Assembly: GCA_027371715.1 (NCBI GenBank) | Contig: DAHXMM010000021.1 | Coordinates: 18,923 to 82,922 of the forward strand | Direction of reading: 5' to 3' | From: Elusimicrobiota bacterium | GTDB lineage: Bacteria > Elusimicrobiota > Elusimicrobia > UBA1565 > UBA9628 | Length of the DNA: 64,000 nucleotides | Part shown: positions 62,323 to 64,000 of the stretch, piece by piece | Layout: each line of letters begins with the position of its first letter | Numbering within the stretch: the first letter of the stretch is position 1 | The notes under the pieces: generated by a model | Seen by the model: the letters and a program-made list of their open reading frames with translations, nothing else | Databases searched by the model: none | Told to the model about the DNA's origin: nothing | Made by a program: the position numbers and the translations under genes

Positions 62323-64000
62323 TTAGAAGGCCTGTCCCATTCCAAAAGTCACGACCGATTTCGCTTGTGCGGGGGCATGTTCGAAACCATACCCCCAGTC
62401 AAGCCGGATAGGGAAAGCCGGAGTCACGAAGCGAATTCCGACGCCCGCGTCGGTTTTGATCGCGGTGGGGCCTGTTCCAATCTCCACATTCATTTGCCGA
62501 GCCCCCGCCCAAGCGGAACCGGCGTCAAAAAAAGTTTCAAAATCGGCGATGCTTCGCTGATGGGATTTAACGACTGGGAAACTAACGCTTAAGGTTGAAA
62601 CGTCAAAAACGGTGCCTCCGTTCGGGTCCCCAACTTCTCCCGTGGGCTCATATCCGCGCAAATCGTTTTCGCCCCCCAAGAAAAACCGGTTAAAGACCGG
62701 GACAACGGTCGTGCTCCCAAAAGGCGTGATAATGGACGCCCGGTTCAAGGCTCCCAAAACAAAGGGATAATCGTCTATGGAAAACATCTGATAATAAATC
62801 GCGTCTTTCAAGGTTGGCTGAAAGAAATTAACCTGTCCCATGAAAGGGCCTCCGGCCAGTTCCAAGGAAATCATGTTTTGGCTTCCGCTATGGGGATCCC
62901 AAATGTTATCCCGGGTATCCCGGGAAAAGCTGACCGTCCCATAAGAATAAATGCTGGTTCCTTGAGTCAGTAAATTATTAAAACCGGTTTGAACTCCGGC
63001 AATCTGCATTTGGGAAAGAGTGTAGGAGAAGTTTAGAATATATTGGTCGTCTTCAAAACGCGGGCCTACGGTCACCGTCGCGCCCTTGGAGTAAAGAGTA
63101 TAGGCATAAAGAGAACCCCCGAAGGGGCTAATCTGCATTGAGTCAAAGAGGCTTATGCCTAAGCTCGTGGGGCTATTACCGACAAAGGGAGTACTCCAGT
63201 TGACGGAATACATCAAAATTCTTTGTCCAAAAGACCAGTTCGCTGAAAGCTGTTGGGCGCGGCCTAAAAAGTTCATATTTGTCAAGGAAAGCGTCCCGAA
63301 CAATCCCATGATGGAAGAATAAGCTCCTCCCGCCGTCATCATTCCCGGTTTGCCTTCGACCACGTCATAGGTCAAATCCACCTCATTTGGGTCGTCCGGG
63401 CTTTGAATATCCACGTTCACGCTATCAAGAAACCCTAAATTCATCAGCATTTCGCGGCTGCGCTTAACCTTTTTGGCGGAAAAGGGATCTCCTGGGTTAG
63501 TGATAATCTCGCGTCTAAGCGCATAGGTCTTGGTCGTTTTATTTCCTTCGACTCGCACTCGTTCAACATAGATGACATTTCCCTCAAAAATGCTGAAATG
63601 AACGTCCATTTCCTTCGTCTCACTATTATAGGTTTTTATGGGGAAAACGCGCGCTTTTAAATATCCCTTATTGGCGTATTTTTGCTGAATCGCCCGAATA
63701 GTATCAATAAACTTTTCTTCATTAAAAACCTGCCCCTGTTTATATTCCACCACTTTAAACAAATCCGTTGAGGTAAAAACCAAATTCCCTGAAAAAGTAG
63801 TTCCTCCGTATCGATAAAGAGGTCCTTCCTTGATTTTGAAATCAATATAAATTCTCAGGCGATCCAAACTATGCCACACAACCGGGGTGCTGATCTTGAT
63901 ATCGCTGTAACCGTGAATTTCGTAATAGGCCTTAACTTTCTCGATATCCTGGGGCAAAGCCTTGCTTGAAAACGGTTTTCCCCGCTTGTTGGTCATCAAA
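62323..64000 (-). CDS. bamA: outer-membrane protein assembly factor BamA, C-terminal part (POTRA end plus beta-barrel); N-terminus outside the window
   Basis: C-terminal Omp85 barrel motifs (...RFFLGGENDLRGYE...). The ORF is open to the window edge. Confidence 0.8.
   Translation of the reverse strand, partial: LMTNKRGKPFSSKALPQDIEKVKAYYEIHGYSDIKISTPVVWHSLDRLRIYIDFKIKEGPLYRYGGTTFSGNLVFTSTDLFKVVEYKQGQVFNEEKFIDTIRAIQQKYANKGYLKARVFPIKTYNSETKEMDVHFSIFEGNVIYVERVRVEGNKTTKTYALRREIITNPGDPFSAKKVKRSREMLMNLGFLDSVNVDIQSPDDPNEVDLTYDVVEGKPGMMTAGGAYSSIMGLFGTLSLTNMNFLGRAQQLSANWSFGQRILMYSVNWSTPFVGNSPTSLGISLFDSMQISPFGGSLYAYTLYSKGATVTVGPRFEDDQYILNFSYTLSQMQIAGVQTGFNNLLTQGTSIYSYGTVSFSRDTRDNIWDPHSGSQNMISLELAGGPFMGQVNFFQPTLKDAIYYQMFSIDDYPFVLGALNRASIITPFGSTTVVPVFNRFFLGGENDLRGYEPTGEVGDPNGGTVFDVSTLSVSFPVVKSHQRSIADFETFFDAGSAWAGARQMNVEIGTGPTAIKTDAGVGIRFVTPAFPIRLDWGYGFEHAPAQAKSVVTFGMGQAF

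Noticed and set aside
1-64000. CRISPR arrays, rRNA genes, and prophage or integron structures
   Set aside because: No regularly spaced direct repeats, no rRNA-like sequence and no integrase or attC-like features were seen anywhere in the window.

Overview
This 64 kb window is chromosomal DNA from a diderm (Gram-negative-type) bacterium. Its GC content is moderate overall, with a much GC-richer block at about 22.6-26.3 kb. Nearly everything from 0.3 to 36 kb is on the minus strand.

Contents in map order:
- A partial ChaN-like gene and an M23 peptidase.
- A respiratory complex I block in the unusual order nuoJ-K-L-M-N-A-B-C-D-E-F, with no nuoG/H/I in this block. Adjacent genes are tightly coupled through overlapping ATGA stop/start tetranucleotides.
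- Two HEPN/MNT (type VII) toxin-antitoxin cassettes that interrupt that block on either side of nuoD.
- A family of four related intergenic spacer elements that each keep a 19- or 37-codon mini-ORF bridging neighbouring nuo genes.
- A PorV-like outer-membrane protein beside a large S53 (sedolisin) peptidase with a T9SS-type C-terminal sorting domain.
- Housekeeping genes ilvE, lolD, lolE and lysS, then two stand-alone CheY-like receiver proteins.
- A GC-rich cluster predicted to be a gamma-glutamylation catabolic pathway: an Ntn amidohydrolase, a glutamine-synthetase-like ligase, an SDR and an aldehyde dehydrogenase.
- smpB, a secreted phage tail-collar-domain protein with a triplicated DPGHSHSIN motif, rarA, zapA, and infC-rpmI-rplT-pheS-pheT.
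- trpS, scpA, scpB and glgA.
- An operon-like run of two (possibly three) divergent secreted M4 thermolysin-like metalloproteases, followed by an EamA transporter, an acyl-CoA dehydrogenase, and an ECF sigma/anti-sigma pair. A conserved 42-nt leader motif sits in front of two of the proteases.
- tRNA-Phe, two HEAT-repeat proteins, and exbB-exbD-tonB.
- tRNA-Leu with a duplicated 21-bp 3' end, an IS110-family insertion sequence, and a small Gly/Cys-rich lipoprotein behind a near-consensus sigma70 promoter.
- A GH57 glycoside hydrolase and the conserved lpxA-fabZ-lpxC-lpxD-skp-bamA envelope cluster; bamA runs off the window.

The main novelty candidates are the TA cassettes and spacer mini-ORF family inside the nuo operon, and the tandem M4 protease locus with its shared leader motif and terminal ECF sigma.
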